From the NCBI GenBank assembly GCA_951406725.2, contig OX597815.1:31868001-31932000 (forward strand): a DNA stretch of 64,000 nt. The letters are read 5' to 3'. The notes under the pieces are model-generated. The model did no database searches. It was not told the DNA's origin and saw only the letters and a program-made list of their open reading frames with translations. This stretch comes from Octopus vulgaris (Eukaryota). Shown piece by piece: positions 1 through 13,859 of this stretch (position 1 is the first letter of the stretch; each line of letters begins with the position of its first letter). The position numbers and the translations under genes are program-made.

Positions 1-1
1 G

Positions 2-435
<434 letters not shown>

Positions 436-2165
436 TTTGTAAACAACTTGCAAATGCAAGTGCTACCAGTTGAAAGCTCCACATATCAGATGCTAGCAAG
501 CTCATGGGATCATCAGGAGAGAATGCACTCCATTTCAGGGCCTTCCTCTCAACTGCACTATTGCACATTGGCTCCACCTAACTGAAATGTGACCTGCTTG
601 CCAGATCAACTGGTTACTCGGTTTCAGTCCATATCCTTCTAGCCATTGTTCATTGTCTTTTTTTAACCAAATCCAGTGGCTTGCCTTTCTCTACTGTAAT
701 CTGGATGTCACTCATAATGGTATTGGCTTTATGATCAATTAGGCCGAGTGACAACAACGATTGCCTCACACTCTTTCCAATGGTATTTCATTTATTGTTT
801 TACACATTTCAGTCATTTGACTGTGGCCATACTGGGGCACCACCTTAAAGGGTTTTAGTCGAAGAAATCAACCCCAGGACTTATTTTTTGTAAGCCTAGT
901 ACTTATTCTATTGTTCTCTTTTGCTGAACCACTAAGTTACTGGGGCATAAACACACCAGTATCAGTTGTCAAGCGATAGTTATGGGGTGACAACCACAGA
1001 CACACATACATAAATATATACAGAAATATATAATGGACTCTCACATCATTAGCCAACGTATGAGGGTTTGACAATTTTTCACCAAAGATCCACACAGGTG
1101 ATTTATGTATAGTAATCAGATGTTTGTGTGAACATAAGCTCCCTCTCTCCATCAAATCAACATTACCTGTACAGGTGCAACAGGTGCCACATGTCAGAGG
1201 ACGAAATGATCCCAGAGCAACATGAAATGAAGCACTTTGCTCAAGAACACAATGCAATGCCCAGCCTGGGAATCAAACCCACGAGCTCGCAATCGTGAGT
1301 GCAACACCTTAACCACAGAGCTATGCACCTACACGCATACGCACAGCCACATACACACACACACACATATGATGGGCTTCTTTCAGTTTCTGTCTACCAA
1401 ATCCACTCACAAGATTTTGGTTGGCCAGAGGCTATAGGAGAAGACACCTGCCCAAGGTGTCACACTGTGGGACTGAACTCAGAACCATATGGTTGGGAAG
1501 TAAACTTATTACCACACAGCCATGCCTGTATACATTTGTTGTTTAATTATACGTTAGACCCAGCCAAGCAGACCTATGATCAAAACATTTTGGCTATAAC
1601 CATTCCGTATGTTGTTTATGTCTAGTACTATATTATGAAATGTCTCCCTTCTTTATAGAGATAGCAGGGATTTATTTGAGAGATTTGACTTATATTTCTC
1701 ACAGGTCTGCAGGTCTGGCAGCTAAACAATGTCTTCTTTATTAGCTCAGACAAGTATACACACACACACACACACATATATATGTATATATATATATATA
1801 TATCATCATCATCATCATCATCGTTTAACGTCCATTTTCTACGCTAGCATATATATATATATATATACATACACATGCATACATACATACATATGTATAT
1901 ATGTTGCCGGTGGTGGAATGAAATTGGCGAATGTTTTCTAAGTTAATTCTACCAAGATTTAAATAGGAAACAATGAGACAGGCAACCAAATTACTATTAA
2001 AGAAATCTAGTCCAACTTCCTCCGGTCTGCACCAATTACACTGCCCTACAAACATAAATGGCAACAAAACAAATAATTAGTAAAAATTAATAGATTTAAA
2101 AAATAAAATGTATGGCTTTGTTCCATTTTATAAAAATAAAAATAAATTTTTTTTTTATTGCTTAA

Positions 2166-2386
2166 CCCTTTAGTGTTCACATTATTCTGCCAAAATTAAT
2201 ACTTCTTTATCCACATTGCTTTGAACTAATCATGCATTATCTTGTAGCTTTGAGATTTTGATGAGGTAGCTGTTAATTTTTAAAACGACATTGTAGGGTT
2301 GGTGTGAGAGACCAGATATGGCCAGTTTGAACATAAAACAGGCAGAATACTTTTGGCCGGATACAGCCGGTTTAAATGCTAAAGGG
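2166..2386. mobile_element. piggyBac-type MITE
   Basis: TTAA|CCCTTTAG ... CTAAAGGG|TTAA: TTAA duplication with CCC/GGG termini. Relatives at 53661-53886 and ~32200-32600 (split by a SINE). Confidence 0.85.
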
Positions 2387-2669
2387 TTAAACACCAACAT
2401 AACCACCACTACCATCATCATCACCGTCATCATCATCATCATCATAATTATCCTAAAACTCATAATCATCATCATTGTTATTACCTTCGTCTCGTTATTA
2501 ATAACTTTCTTATTGGTTCAAATAACAAATAGCTAATTAGTGTCAAGTTTCCTTCCTACCGTCTAGGCAGGAAAGATTGCATTCCAACGCAAGTTTGCCA
2601 AATACTGAAAGCCGTGACTACAGGAACTCAAATAAATTAAGTTACCAACTTCCTTTGGTAGATTCTATA

Positions 2670-2990
2670 TAAATAATAATAATGATAATAATAATGATAA
2701 TAATAATAATAATAATAATAATAGTAATAATAATAATATTAATAATAATAATAATAGTAATAATAATAATAATAGTAATAATAATAATAATAATAATAAT
2801 ATTAATAATAATAATAGTAATAATATTAATAATAATAATAATAATAGTAATAATATTAATAATAATAATAATATTAATAATAATAATAACAATAATAATA
2901 ATAATAATAATATTAATAATAATAATAATAATAATAATAATGCTGATGATGATAAGAAGAAGAAGAAGAAGAAGAAAAACAACAACAACA
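2670..2990. repeat. (AAT)n microsatellite followed by (AGA)n/(ACA)n
   Basis: Directly visible; source of the poly-I/poly-L ORFs. Confidence 0.95.
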
Positions 2991-4831
2991 GGAAATGCAA
3001 TCATATTTTGCATGCAATATCCTTATATTTATCATTAGAGTAAATTAAGTGAAAAGTTGCAAAGAATAACAGCAGCAGCAGTAGTAGCAGTAGTAGTAAT
3101 AGCTGTAATGCAATCTGACTAAAGAGCTGTTAAAATCGTCGCTTGACCTCCTAGAAATAGCGGCTAAATCTCCTCCACATTATAAACATCATGGCTGGAA
3201 TAATAGATCAGCAGAATCAGATTTAGCCTGGGGCTAAACAATTACTACAAAAGCACCAGTAATAAATAATGATTTGGTATAAAAATAAAAAATCAGAGAA
3301 CAGAAAAGTAAGTCATTAGCAAGCATAGTAATTAACTTCCTTGCATAGTATCAGCTCTCCTGTTTGAACTGTGGTGGTGGCAGTGGCGGTAGTGGTAGTG
3401 GTGGTGGTGGTGGTAGTAGTAGTAATTGCAGCAGTGACAAAATACTTATCTACAGTATCGTTAGTGACAATAGTGGTAATGGGGTAGGGTGGGGGTTTAG
3501 CAGTGGTGGTGGTGATGTTGTGATGTTGATGATGGTGATGATGAAAACAATTAAGACCTACTTAAACTCTATTGTCATTTTGTTAATACACACACACACA
3601 CACACATATTTCTTCTTTGCTATGAATCCTGCACTGGTCTCAAACACAATTGATTAATTTAATTCAGTTTAATTCATCATGCGTACCTGTTGCTTAACAT
3701 AAGTGCACACAAATCCAAACAAGATTCCTGTTCCTTTCCCTACCTACATTTTCTTCCTTTTTTTTCTACGGAAATTGACCCATTGATAAGCCTAGAAACT
3801 TAAATCCCACCAGTCTGAGAGGGCCTGCAAAAGTCACAAGTGCCAACCCTCTCCTGTCCCGTTGATTATTTTCTGAACTAGTTGTTCTCAACGACTTTTT
3901 CCTCTGGGCACCCTTGATATCCTTTTCACTCAGACAGGCTCTCATAACCATTTGATGTTTAAAAAATCCTACTATATGTTTACAGTTAAATATTATTAGG
4001 AATTGTATTTAAAACATTTTTAAACTATTTTGTTACACATAAATTTTAATGACAAAATCTTATATGGATCCCCAAGGGTCAGTAGTTTATAATTACAGAC
4101 AAAAAATATTAACTGAATCTGTGTGATAGGTAGGTATAACTAAATATGCTAACCAATAAGAACATTGTCCATTAGGTTTTCTTATTAACTTGTGGTGTCC
4201 ACTCCATGTTATGGTAAGGGCCCAGTTTATGATGAAATCATTTTATTTTGACTAAATCCACCGTGTTTTATCCCTTACTAGTTACTGTCAACTCAATATA
4301 AATAAATCAGCTTTGGACTAACTGTCTTAACAGAACTAAAAATGGTACTCAAAGTTTATTGGTTTTAAATTTTGGCACAAGGCCAGCATCTTCAGGGGAG
4401 TAGATAAGTCAATTACTTCAATACCAGTGATCCAGCAGTACAGACTCCATCTGATTTGGCATGGTTTCTACAGCTGGATGCCCTTCCTAATGAGAGTGTA
4501 ATAGGTGCTTTTACATGACACCGGCATGGGTGCCATTTGTGTGACACTGGTATATGCCCTGACTGCAATTTTGCTTGGATTGATTTGGCTTCTTCTCAAG
4601 CACAACATAATGCCAGTGGTCTCGGTCATTGCCTCCATGAGGCCCAACACTCGAAAGGAGCTTTTATCAACCCTGAAAGTCTGAAAGGCAAAGTCGACCT
4701 TGGCAGAATTTGAACTCAGAACATAAAGATGAACAAAATGCTGCTAAGCATTTTGCCCAACACACTAGCAATTCTGCCACTTTGCTGTCTTCGGCACTCA
4801 AAGTTTATTGCATTGATAATATGTTTTACAG

Positions 4832-4996
4832 GTGAACGAGAGAAACAGTGTGCTGTCAAACTAATGGGAGATCACATTCATGAAGAAGAAGAAGAATTTT
4901 ATATGGTCCTTGGCAGTCCTTGGAGTCCGTCACTGAAGAAAGCTAAAGTTGGCAGAAGAAATGTCACCACAATCAGGCTCACTGACCTTGCTGACA
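4832..4996 (+). CDS. FREM2: FREM2/ECM3-like protein, internal exon (Calx-beta domain); gene begins upstream of the window
   Basis: ttttacag| acceptor, |gtaagt donor, phase 1-1. Encodes GEREKQCAVKLMGDHIHEEEEEFYMVLGSP...TTIRLTDLAD, a Calx-beta pattern that I recall aligning with vertebrate FREM2. Confidence 0.9.
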
Positions 4997-7118
4997 GTAA
5001 GTTTATTTGCATTTGATTACATTAAATTTAAATGTTTTTTCTTATTTTTGAAATTATGATTTTGTTTCCTTATATCATCATCATCATCATCATTTAGCAT
5101 CCATTATTTATGCTGGCATGGGTTGGATGGTATGACCAGGGCTCGCAAGCTGAAAGGTTACACCAGACTCCTGTCTGATTTGGCATGGTTTCTACAGCTG
5201 GATGCCCTTTCTAAAGCCAACGACTTTGTGAGTGTAGTTGGTGCACAGGGGCCAGAGGAGGCTGGCAAACAGCCATGATCAGTTTGTGCTTTTTACATGT
5301 CACCAACACGGACACATGTCAGGCAGTGCTGGCATCAGCCATGTTTGGATGGTACTTTTTACATGGGTATCTTAAATACCCAATTGTATCTTAACTACAA
5401 TTTCCATTTGATTTTGATGTTGGTGGTGATGTACTTGACTCAATAGGTCTCCTCAAGAACAGCGGATCACTCAACGATCCAAGGTTAGCACAGCAGACCA
5501 TCCTGCGAGCCATGAACTCACTTCATTTGTCGGGTCTTCACAGTCACATACTATATGTGTGTATATATATATATACATATATACACGCACACACACACAA
5601 ACATATAGATATAGACAGATAGATAAAGAGAGAGAGGCAGGCGGACAGACAGAGAATTCAATATAACATACAATAATGAGCTACTTCAGCTGTATAATTG
5701 TATCTGTAACAACACAAAGTAGAAATAAAATATACCAATGAGACTATGAAGACTAACGCAATATAATTTACATCAATAATAAATCTAGCAGAAGAGTGCC
5801 ATCTGCAGGGTTATAGGTGTAAATGACAAGTTGTCTAACATTAACAATGACAAATTATTCATATATTCAATAATCTGACAAAATATGGATTATTATGGGT
5901 CATTTTTGTATATATATATTATTGCTGTGACAAACTTGAATAAAGTGTCTATAATGAGATGAGACGGCTGAGCTTAAAATGCTTTATTTACTTTTACTTT
6001 TACTTGTTTCAGTCATTTGACTGTGGCCATGCTTGAGCACCACCCCGGCTGTGGCTCTTTAGTACAAATGTCTTGTTTTCATAAGTTTTGAATTAAAATC
6101 TTCCACCAAAACTTAGTCCCAATTTATGTTCCTAATACTAGCTTAATGATGACTACATTATTTTACTAAATTCTTTGTTATATTTTAAATAATTCAAAGA
6201 AACACAGAGCATCTCAAAATAAATACGGTAACGAAAGGGTTAATGATATCAACAGCTATGCTGATCCACTGTTTATGACTTTAGGGATCTTTGTTTCTAT
6301 CTCTGATAAACAGAGTAGGATACAAAACATGCTTTTAATTTTGATTCCTAATTTCAACCATTCAGTTATTTCTTACCATTGAATTAGTTCCGCCAACTAT
6401 TGATTTCGACTAACGAGTTTCTTTCACTAATCAGTTATTTTTACCAGTCAGTTGTTTCAGCCAATCAGTGATTCATTAATTCAGTTATTTCTATCAATCA
6501 GTAATTTCAGCCAATCAGTGACTTCATTGACACAGTTATTTTAGCCAATCAGTGATTTCAATCAATACATGATATCAACCAATCAACTGTTTTCTAATTT
6601 ACATATTTTTAATAGCAAATGTCAGTGATAATTATTTCTAATATTGGGTTTCAAATTTAGGCTCACGGTCAGCAATTTTGGAGGAGGGGATAAGTTGATT
6701 ACATTTATCCCAGTTTTCATCTGGTAGTTATTTTATTGACCCCAAAACCACAACAGGCAAAGTCAACTTTAGCGGAATTTAACTCAGAACATAAAGATGG
6801 GTGAAATATCACTAAGTATTTTACCCAGTGTGCTAAATATTCTGCCAGCTTAATTATTTCTAATATCGACACATTTTGGTTTAGAGTAAAGTGGATCAGT
6901 ATTATAACAAGGTTTCTCAGTACTATGCCCTTACTTTAATTAACAAACATGATAGTCCAGAGAAAATAAAATTTATGCATGACTACATATTTGCCAATGC
7001 CTCAATGCCTCAATCATCAACCCTAAAAGGACAAAAAAAAAACTGTAGGAAACCCAGTGACATTCACACTCATAATGGAATGTAACTAAAGACATTCTGT
7101 CCAGCTCTTACTCCCTCC

Positions 7119-7154
<36 letters not shown>

Positions 7155-7216
7155 TAATTCTGCCATTGTCTATCCAGGTAGATGTCTGTTATAATCTCTT
7201 CTTTTCCCTTTTTCAG

Positions 7217-7399
7217 AACCTGTCATCAAGTTTGAAAACATTGAGTTTTCTGTTAAAGAACCCTTTGAGTATGGAGAAGTTGCATTTGTTCGAATCCCTG
7301 TAGCTCGCTATGGTGACCTAACCAAGACATCTGTAGTAAGGGTCCATACTGAAGATGGCTCAGCAATTGCTGGAAGAGATTACAATGGAATATCTAGAG
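7217..7399 (+). CDS. FREM2: FREM2-like exon (Calx-beta)
   Basis: tttcag| ... |gtaatt, phase 1-1. KPVIKFENIEFSVKEP...RIPVARYGDLTKTSVVRVHTEDGSAIAGRDY has the Calx-beta T.DGSA..G.DY motif. Confidence 0.92.
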
Positions 7400-7417
7400 G
7401 TAATTTCTTATATATGA

Positions 7418-7814
7418 CTAGCAGTATCGCCCGGTGTTGCTCGGGTTTGTAAAGGAAATAACTATATAAGCATTTTTAGAGAGTTATAGCCAAAAAATAG
7501 CAAAAAAATGCATTAAAAATGGAAAAAAAATTATGGTAAATTTTTTTTTTAATCGTTGACTCATCGTAGACATTTTTAGAGAGTTACTTCCCTTATATAA
7601 TAGCGAAAAAAATGCATTAAAATGGAAAAAAATTATGGTAATTTTTTTTTTAATCATAGACTATCGTAGATGTGTGCTAATACCCAGAAGGGCTCGATAT
7701 GAATCACGACTATAAGATACCCGCTTTTGGTTAAACTGCACCGCAAAATGTGGGAGTAGTTAGGAATCTAAATCGTAGGAGACAGACACACAACTTCACT
7801 TTTATATATAAAGA
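7418..7814 (-). mobile_element. Non-autonomous Helitron
   Basis: Minus strand starts TCTTTATATATAAAAG and ends with hairpin CCCG-AGCAACAC-CGGG then ...CTAG. Inserted between A and T with no TSD. Internal ~100-bp direct duplication (7471-7570 / 7571-7670). Confidence 0.8.
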
Positions 7815-8840
7815 TTTCTGACATAGTTACATGACTGGAAATTTTCAGGAACGGAACACAGTCAACCCCAAACTTTCAATGGTATTTTATTTTATCATTT
7901 TTCTGAAGGATAAAAAGTTAAGTTGACCTTGACCTGGGCAGAAGCTGAACTTGGTATTGAAAAGACTGAATCATGTACTACACAGCAATTTTTCTTAAAT
8001 ACCAACCTAGTTTTCTTGTGGCAATGTGGTTTCAAATTTTAGCACAGGGCCAGCAGTTTTTGAGGACAGTGGGGGAAGTTGATTACATCAATCCCAATAC
8101 TCACCTGATACTTATTTTATCAACCCAAAACAATGAAACGCAAAATCAACTTCAACAGAATTTGAATTCAGGATATAAAGACAGACAAAATGCCACTAAG
8201 CATTTTATCTGGGCTACTGACAGTTCTGCCAGCTCAGTGCCTTAAAAGTCTCCTTAATAATAACTTACCCAGCTCATATGCACGTGCAAAGCTATATGAT
8301 AATGGATCTCAAGTCAGTTTTGACAGCTGATCAGTCAATAAAGTTACTTGCTCATTATATAATTAAAATAAATGACAAGTTTAATTAATTATACTGTAAA
8401 AGTCTACTTTACAAACTCATCTATGTCCAGGTAAACTCAGCATAACATTGTGAGTGGTAAAGTTAGGCCTTTGGATAACACCAACCAATTGAATGTGCTT
8501 CCAGTTTCCATCTACTAAGTTTTATACACAGCCTTGCATTCACTCATGGCTATGATAGAAGATACTTGCCTAAGGTGCAGCATATTCCAAACTGAACTTC
8601 TTAACTCTTTTGCTATGTCTCCACAAATGGCCACACAGACACACAAACACAAACACACACACTGCTCATTCAGACCGCATCATTTTTGATACAGTCTGAT
8701 GCATAATGATGCTCATTCACACTGCATCATTAAAGCATTATCTCTTCAATGATATTCCCTTTAAGGAGGTTCCTCTTTGCATCATACAATAAACCTCATT
8801 TAAATGATTTTCTCATTGTTTTTGGATGTTTCCTTTGCAG

Positions 8841-8971
8841 AACTTGTCTTCAGTGTTAATGTATCTCACAACATCATAGAGATTGAAGTCTTGCATGATA
8901 ACGAGAAAGAAATGAAAGAATTCTTCACTGTTCATCTAAGACCAGATCAGAACTTGGTAGCAGAAGTAAAG
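8841..8971 (+). CDS. FREM2: FREM2-like exon (end of last Calx-beta)
   Basis: tttgcag| ... |gttagt, phase 1-0. ELVFSVNVSHNIIEIEVLHDNEKEMKEFFTVHLRPDQNLVAEVK. Confidence 0.9.
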
Positions 8972-9344
8972 GTTAGTAGCTGACATGTCACATGACAATC
9001 TTCAAGAGCTCTTTTGATACCAAACCACTTCTAAGATAAAATCTTTCTGTTTTAAAGTCATCTAAATTAAAAACTTGCATCAAAATTTCATGTTGATTTA
9101 TGATGCTCCAAACTTGAGCTTAATAATGAAAGAGTTATTTTACTGAATTCTTCGTTATTTTAAAAATTAATTGAAGTAAAAGCAAAGAAACACTTGACTA
9201 AACACATTCATCTGAGGCTAAGAACTAATTAATTTTCCTTCTATTTCACAAAAAGTAATGAGCATTATGCTTCATTAGAAATTACACGAACAATCTTTTT
9301 ATATCCTATTCTAATTTATTAACCATTGTGTCATTTATTTGTAG

Positions 9345-9494
9345 CAAAATATCCAAGCTTTTGTATACATTGAAGAACGTAAGAAGTTGGCTGATGTCAC
9401 TTTTCCCACGGAACCAATTGTAATATCATTGCGAGATTATGGCAATGATTTGTCCAGGGAACCAATTCAAGGTTACCCATGTATCTGCATCACG
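9345..9494 (+). CDS. FREM2: FREM2-like exon
   Basis: ttgtag| ... |gtatgt, phase 0-0. QNIQAFVYIEERKKLADVTFPTEPIVISLRDY...EPIQGYPCICIT. Confidence 0.9.
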
Positions 9495-9654
9495 GTATGT
9501 ACACACATTTGTTGACTCATCTACTCTGGTACAAATTTAATAAGGTCTTCTGTCTGCTATGTTTATGATTTGATAACACTGATTAGAGGGAGCAAATGGG
9601 TAAATGGATAATCTACTAAATAAAAGATTCACTGAATTTCCATATTGTAGTTAA

Positions 9655-9973
9655 GACACCCATGCCGGTGACATGTAAAAAGCACCATCCGAATGTGGCA
9701 GATGCCAGCACCGCCTGGCTGGCGTCCGTGTCGGTAACATGTAAAAGCACCAACCGATCATGACCGTTTGCCAGCCTGTTCTGGCCCATGCCGGTGGCAT
9801 GTAAAAAACACCCACTACACTCACGGAGTGGTTGGCATTAGGAAGGGCATCCAGCTGTAGAAACACTGCCAGATCAGACTAGAACCTCGTGCAGCCTCCA
9901 CAGCTTACCAGACCCCGGTCGAACCGTCCAACCCATTCTAGCATGGAAAACGGACATTAAATGATGATGATGA
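9655..9973 (+). mobile_element. (GAT)n-tailed SINE-like element (RTE-like 3' end) with internal ~60-66-bp tandem modules
   Basis: Ends GTGGTTGGCATTAGGAAGGGCATCCAGCTGTAGAAAC...CCAACCCAT...GCATGGAAAACGGACATTAAATGATGATGATGA. Copies at ~5075-5360(-), 10755-10955(+), 13140-13330(-), 14965-15100(-), 23476-23750(-), 24196-24420(-), 27880-28290(-), 29622-30075(-), 30596-30925(-) and 32290-32490(-). RTE affinity is recalled, not searched. Confidence 0.75.
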
Positions 9974-11888
9974 TTATCTTATTGTTGGTACTGTATTGTG
10001 TCCTTGACCAGGACTACAGCGGAGGTGACAAAGGATTGAAACTTGTGGTGACTGGCTCTGCTTGAAAAAACATGTCAAGTTAAGTAAAATGTGGCCACCA
10101 ATACATGCAGACATGTCGTTTATGGCCATGCATCCTGTTCCTCCAACCCCCTCACACACACTCACACATACACACACACTTACACACAATCTGTCAAATC
10201 TCCCCTGCAATCCATCTTCCCCAAACCTCCCATCCCAATACTCATGATCACTACCCACTACACTCCCCTCCACTTTCCCCTTTCATGCCTTTCTGCACAC
10301 TCTCCTTGCTCTCATATATCTACCATACTCCAAACTACCAGCCATCCAGTTTCTCTCACCAACACTTGCAAGTCACCTCTTCCCCATCTCTGAACATCTC
10401 CCTTCACAATCTTATGGAACATACCCCTCTATATCCTCTATACCACTTACACTCTACCCCACTGTTACCTGTGGGTAGCTTCTGGTGTATATCCAACACC
10501 ATCTATTTCTCTCTCTCTCTCCCTCTCTCTCTCTCTCAATCTGACTGTCTCTCTGTCTTTCTCTCTAGCTCTATCTCTCCTTCCTCTCCTCATTTTTTCC
10601 TCTTTTCCTACTGGAGTAGCCAAGTAATATCCTGTATAGTAAGGCAACTATCTCCCTGTATTATATTCTAACTTCTCACCTGGCACAAAGCCACTTCCTT
10701 CAGTTCCACTCACTCTCCCAGCTTAGAGGTCTTCATCTTGTAAGTTATTTGGCAACCCCACTGATGGTGGTGCCACATAAAAAACACCCAGTAGACACTG
10801 CGAAGTGGTTGGTGTTGCAAAAGACATCCAGCTGCAAAAACCATATTAAGGCATACAGGGGAGCCTGTTGCTGTTCTCCAGCTTGCCAGCTCATATCAAA
10901 TTGTCCAACCCATGCCAGTATGGAAGACTGACATTAAATGATGATGATGATGATAAAGATGAGGATGAGGATGGTGGTGGAGGGGGTGATTATTGATTTA
11001 TTGAATAAATGACTGAGTAATTCACTCAACCAAGATGAAAACAGATACATCCCACTAATGATTGCTTTCACTAATGCTCCAGGCAGTGTCAAGGTCAATT
11101 CATCTTGTGGTTATAGTCTGAAGAGTTATGGGTTCCACAAGGCGTATTCATCCAAGTTGCCTTTACATGAACTCAGAGTGTTCAGCATTGCTAATTAAGC
11201 CCAATGTGTTTAGGAACTTACAATCCTTACTGATATATAATTTTTTGTAAACATAGAATTAAATACCCCTTCAAGACTCACAATGAAAAATGTTAAAAGT
11301 CATTTCCCTTCTAAATAATTTGACAGTGTATTGCAGAGCAACAGTTATAGTGGCGCTAGTTTTTTATAGTATTAAGTATATGACTTAGAAACACAAGTAA
11401 AAACCTACAGAACAAGGAAATAAAAATGTTTGACGCCAGAGCAAATGGACCAATAACTTGTCCACATAGTCTTTACATGTCTCCAATGTTCCAGAACATA
11501 GAACTGTAGGTGTGTAAAGGACATTTCAAGAAATTAAAATCCTGTAGTTTCAAACAGAATGAATTACTTGCTTTTTCTTGTTAATGCGGGATTAATCTTA
11601 ATGACTTGAAGTGAGGATTTCTCCAAGCCATGGTAATACTCATGGTAATATTTGAGCTGAACACTTCAGTTTTTTTTTATCTTTTACTGGTTTCAGTCAT
11701 TGAACTGCAGCCATACTGGAGCACTGCCTTTGAAGCATTTAGTTGAGCAAATGAAGCCCAATACTTATTTTAATTCTTGTATATTTTATCCATCTTTTTT
11801 TTGCTAAACTTCTAAGTTACAGGGATATAAACACACTAACACCAGTTATCAAGTGGTGGTGGAGAATAAACACAAGCAAGCACACACA

Positions 11889-11920
<32 letters not shown>

Positions 11921-13589
11921 TTTACTCCCAATACCTTGGTTGACCCAGGGCTAAAGCTGAAGACACTTGCTCATGGTTCCATTCTGTGAAACTTTACTCA
12001 AAACCATTTGGTTGCAAAATGAGCTCCATAACCACACAGCTATGTCCCTACAGCTTCTTAACCACATTCAAGTTTATAAAATATTTATACAGAATAAATA
12101 AGTAGCACCTCATCATAGTTCTTATTTGTGGCTAGATACTGCAGATCCTTTAGAGCTAAATACATTTTTATAAATAAGAGAGGACAGACAGTGGCCATGA
12201 TCTTTGAAGGCACTCCCAGTGTGGTGAGGTTGATGCAGCTAATACCCACCTCTGCAGGTCAGTGTCTGCATCTGCATGTCAATATCTGCAGGAGAAATAT
12301 GGATGCTCTAAAACATTTCCAACAGAGCGAACAATACCAAAGGCCTCTAAAGACCACTTAGTGATGTGAAATCAGGTGGCATATTAGATCGCTTACCCTG
12401 CCATAGATACATTACAGTAGCAGCAGTTGATATATGAAAGTCAACCAGTTTAGTCAGTAGGCCAATACAATTGATTTGGCCTATTGTAGCTCTTAAATGT
12501 CAGTCGGCTATGTTTATAAATCATGTAGAAAGCTCTAGCTAGACATAAATAGTGTAAAATTGTATCAGTAGCATATCATGAATATATGTTCTCGGTTATA
12601 ATAGTTCATGTTACAGCTGAACTCAATATCATTAAATTATATGAGAGACCAAATTACCTCAGAGGAATTTAATTGAAGAATTTCCTGAATATAGCATTGC
12701 TTTTGAATATTTGAAGAATTCTTGGAATTTTTTTTTTTTTTTTTTGGTTTTGCTTTTGTCTTTGCATATTATTTTACTTTTACGTTTACTATATATTGAT
12801 TTGTTCAGGTTAAACATTAGTTGAATGGTTATGAAAATATGTATGTTTGTTGTGCCATTACTGGAAGGTTGTTAACACAATTGGTTTATGTAGACATGAA
12901 AGTTCTTTCTAATACTAACAACTTAATGGGGATTTAGGGGTGATGATGGCTTATAGATTAATAAGAGTTCTTTCTGAGAATGTCAGAAATGTAGAAATTT
13001 GAACACACACACACACACACACACACTCATTGCTATATAAAATAGAACTGGCTATAAGATACTTTTCCAACAGTATCTAGCTAAGAAACAACTTATCCTT
13101 CAGTACATTGTTTAATATTATGATGAGCACCATATAGACATCATCATCATTTTCACTTAATGTCCACGTTGCATGCTGACATGAGTTGGATGGTTTGACA
13201 GGATCTGATGGGCTCAAGGGCTGCATCATGTTCCAGTACCTGCTTTGGCACAGTTTATATAGTAGGGTGCTATTCCTAACACCAACCACTTTACAGTGTA
13301 TACTAGGTGTTTCTTCCTGCCACCAGCACTAGCATGGCCAGTGTGCAATTTGCAAGACTACAAACCCCAAGAGGACTGCTTTATGCTCAGAGATGTGAGG
13401 GAAAAGGTGTGTAAAAGTATGAGAGAAGTGGCCAGAACAGAATTGGTTTTTTGCAGTGTGTGTGTGTCTAGCGAAGGTGTAAAGCTTTGTGTTGCACTCA
13501 CAATTGTGAGATCATGGGTTCAATTCCCAGACTAAGCATTACATTGTTGTGGAGGCATGTGGCTTAGTGTGGAAGCATGTGGCTTAGTG

Positions 13590-13843
13590 TGGAGGTGCGT
13601 GGCTTAGTGGTTAGGGTGTTGAACTCATGATCGTTAGGTTGTGGTTTCGATTCCAGGAGCGGGCGATGCATTGTGTTCTTGAGCAAAACACTTCATTTTC
13701 ACATTACTCCAGTCCACTCAGCTGGCAAAAATGAGTAATCCTGCGACAGACCAGCGTCCCATCCAGGTGGGGAATTTCTACGCCACTGAAACCGGGAAAC
13801 TGGCCCTTATGAGCCTGGTATGTCTCGAGAAGGAAGAAGGAAC
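13590..13843 (+). mobile_element. tRNA-derived SINE monomer (same family as the 51-53 kb array)
   Basis: GGAGGTGCGTGGCTTAGTGGTTAGGG...GGTTTCGATTCC...TTCTTGAGCAAAACACTTCATTT...CCAGTCCACTCAGCTGGCAAAAATGAG...GAAACCGGGAAACTGGCCC. Related heads lie on - at ~1220-1330, ~31930-32065 and ~50020-50155. Confidence 0.85.
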
Positions 13844-13859
13844 ATTACATTGTGTTCTT

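Noticed and set aside
3720-3880. Pyrimidine tract suggesting an additional FREM2 exon
   Set aside because: The tract ends in ACG, not AG. No FREM2-like translation follows, and it runs into a decayed hAT MITE.
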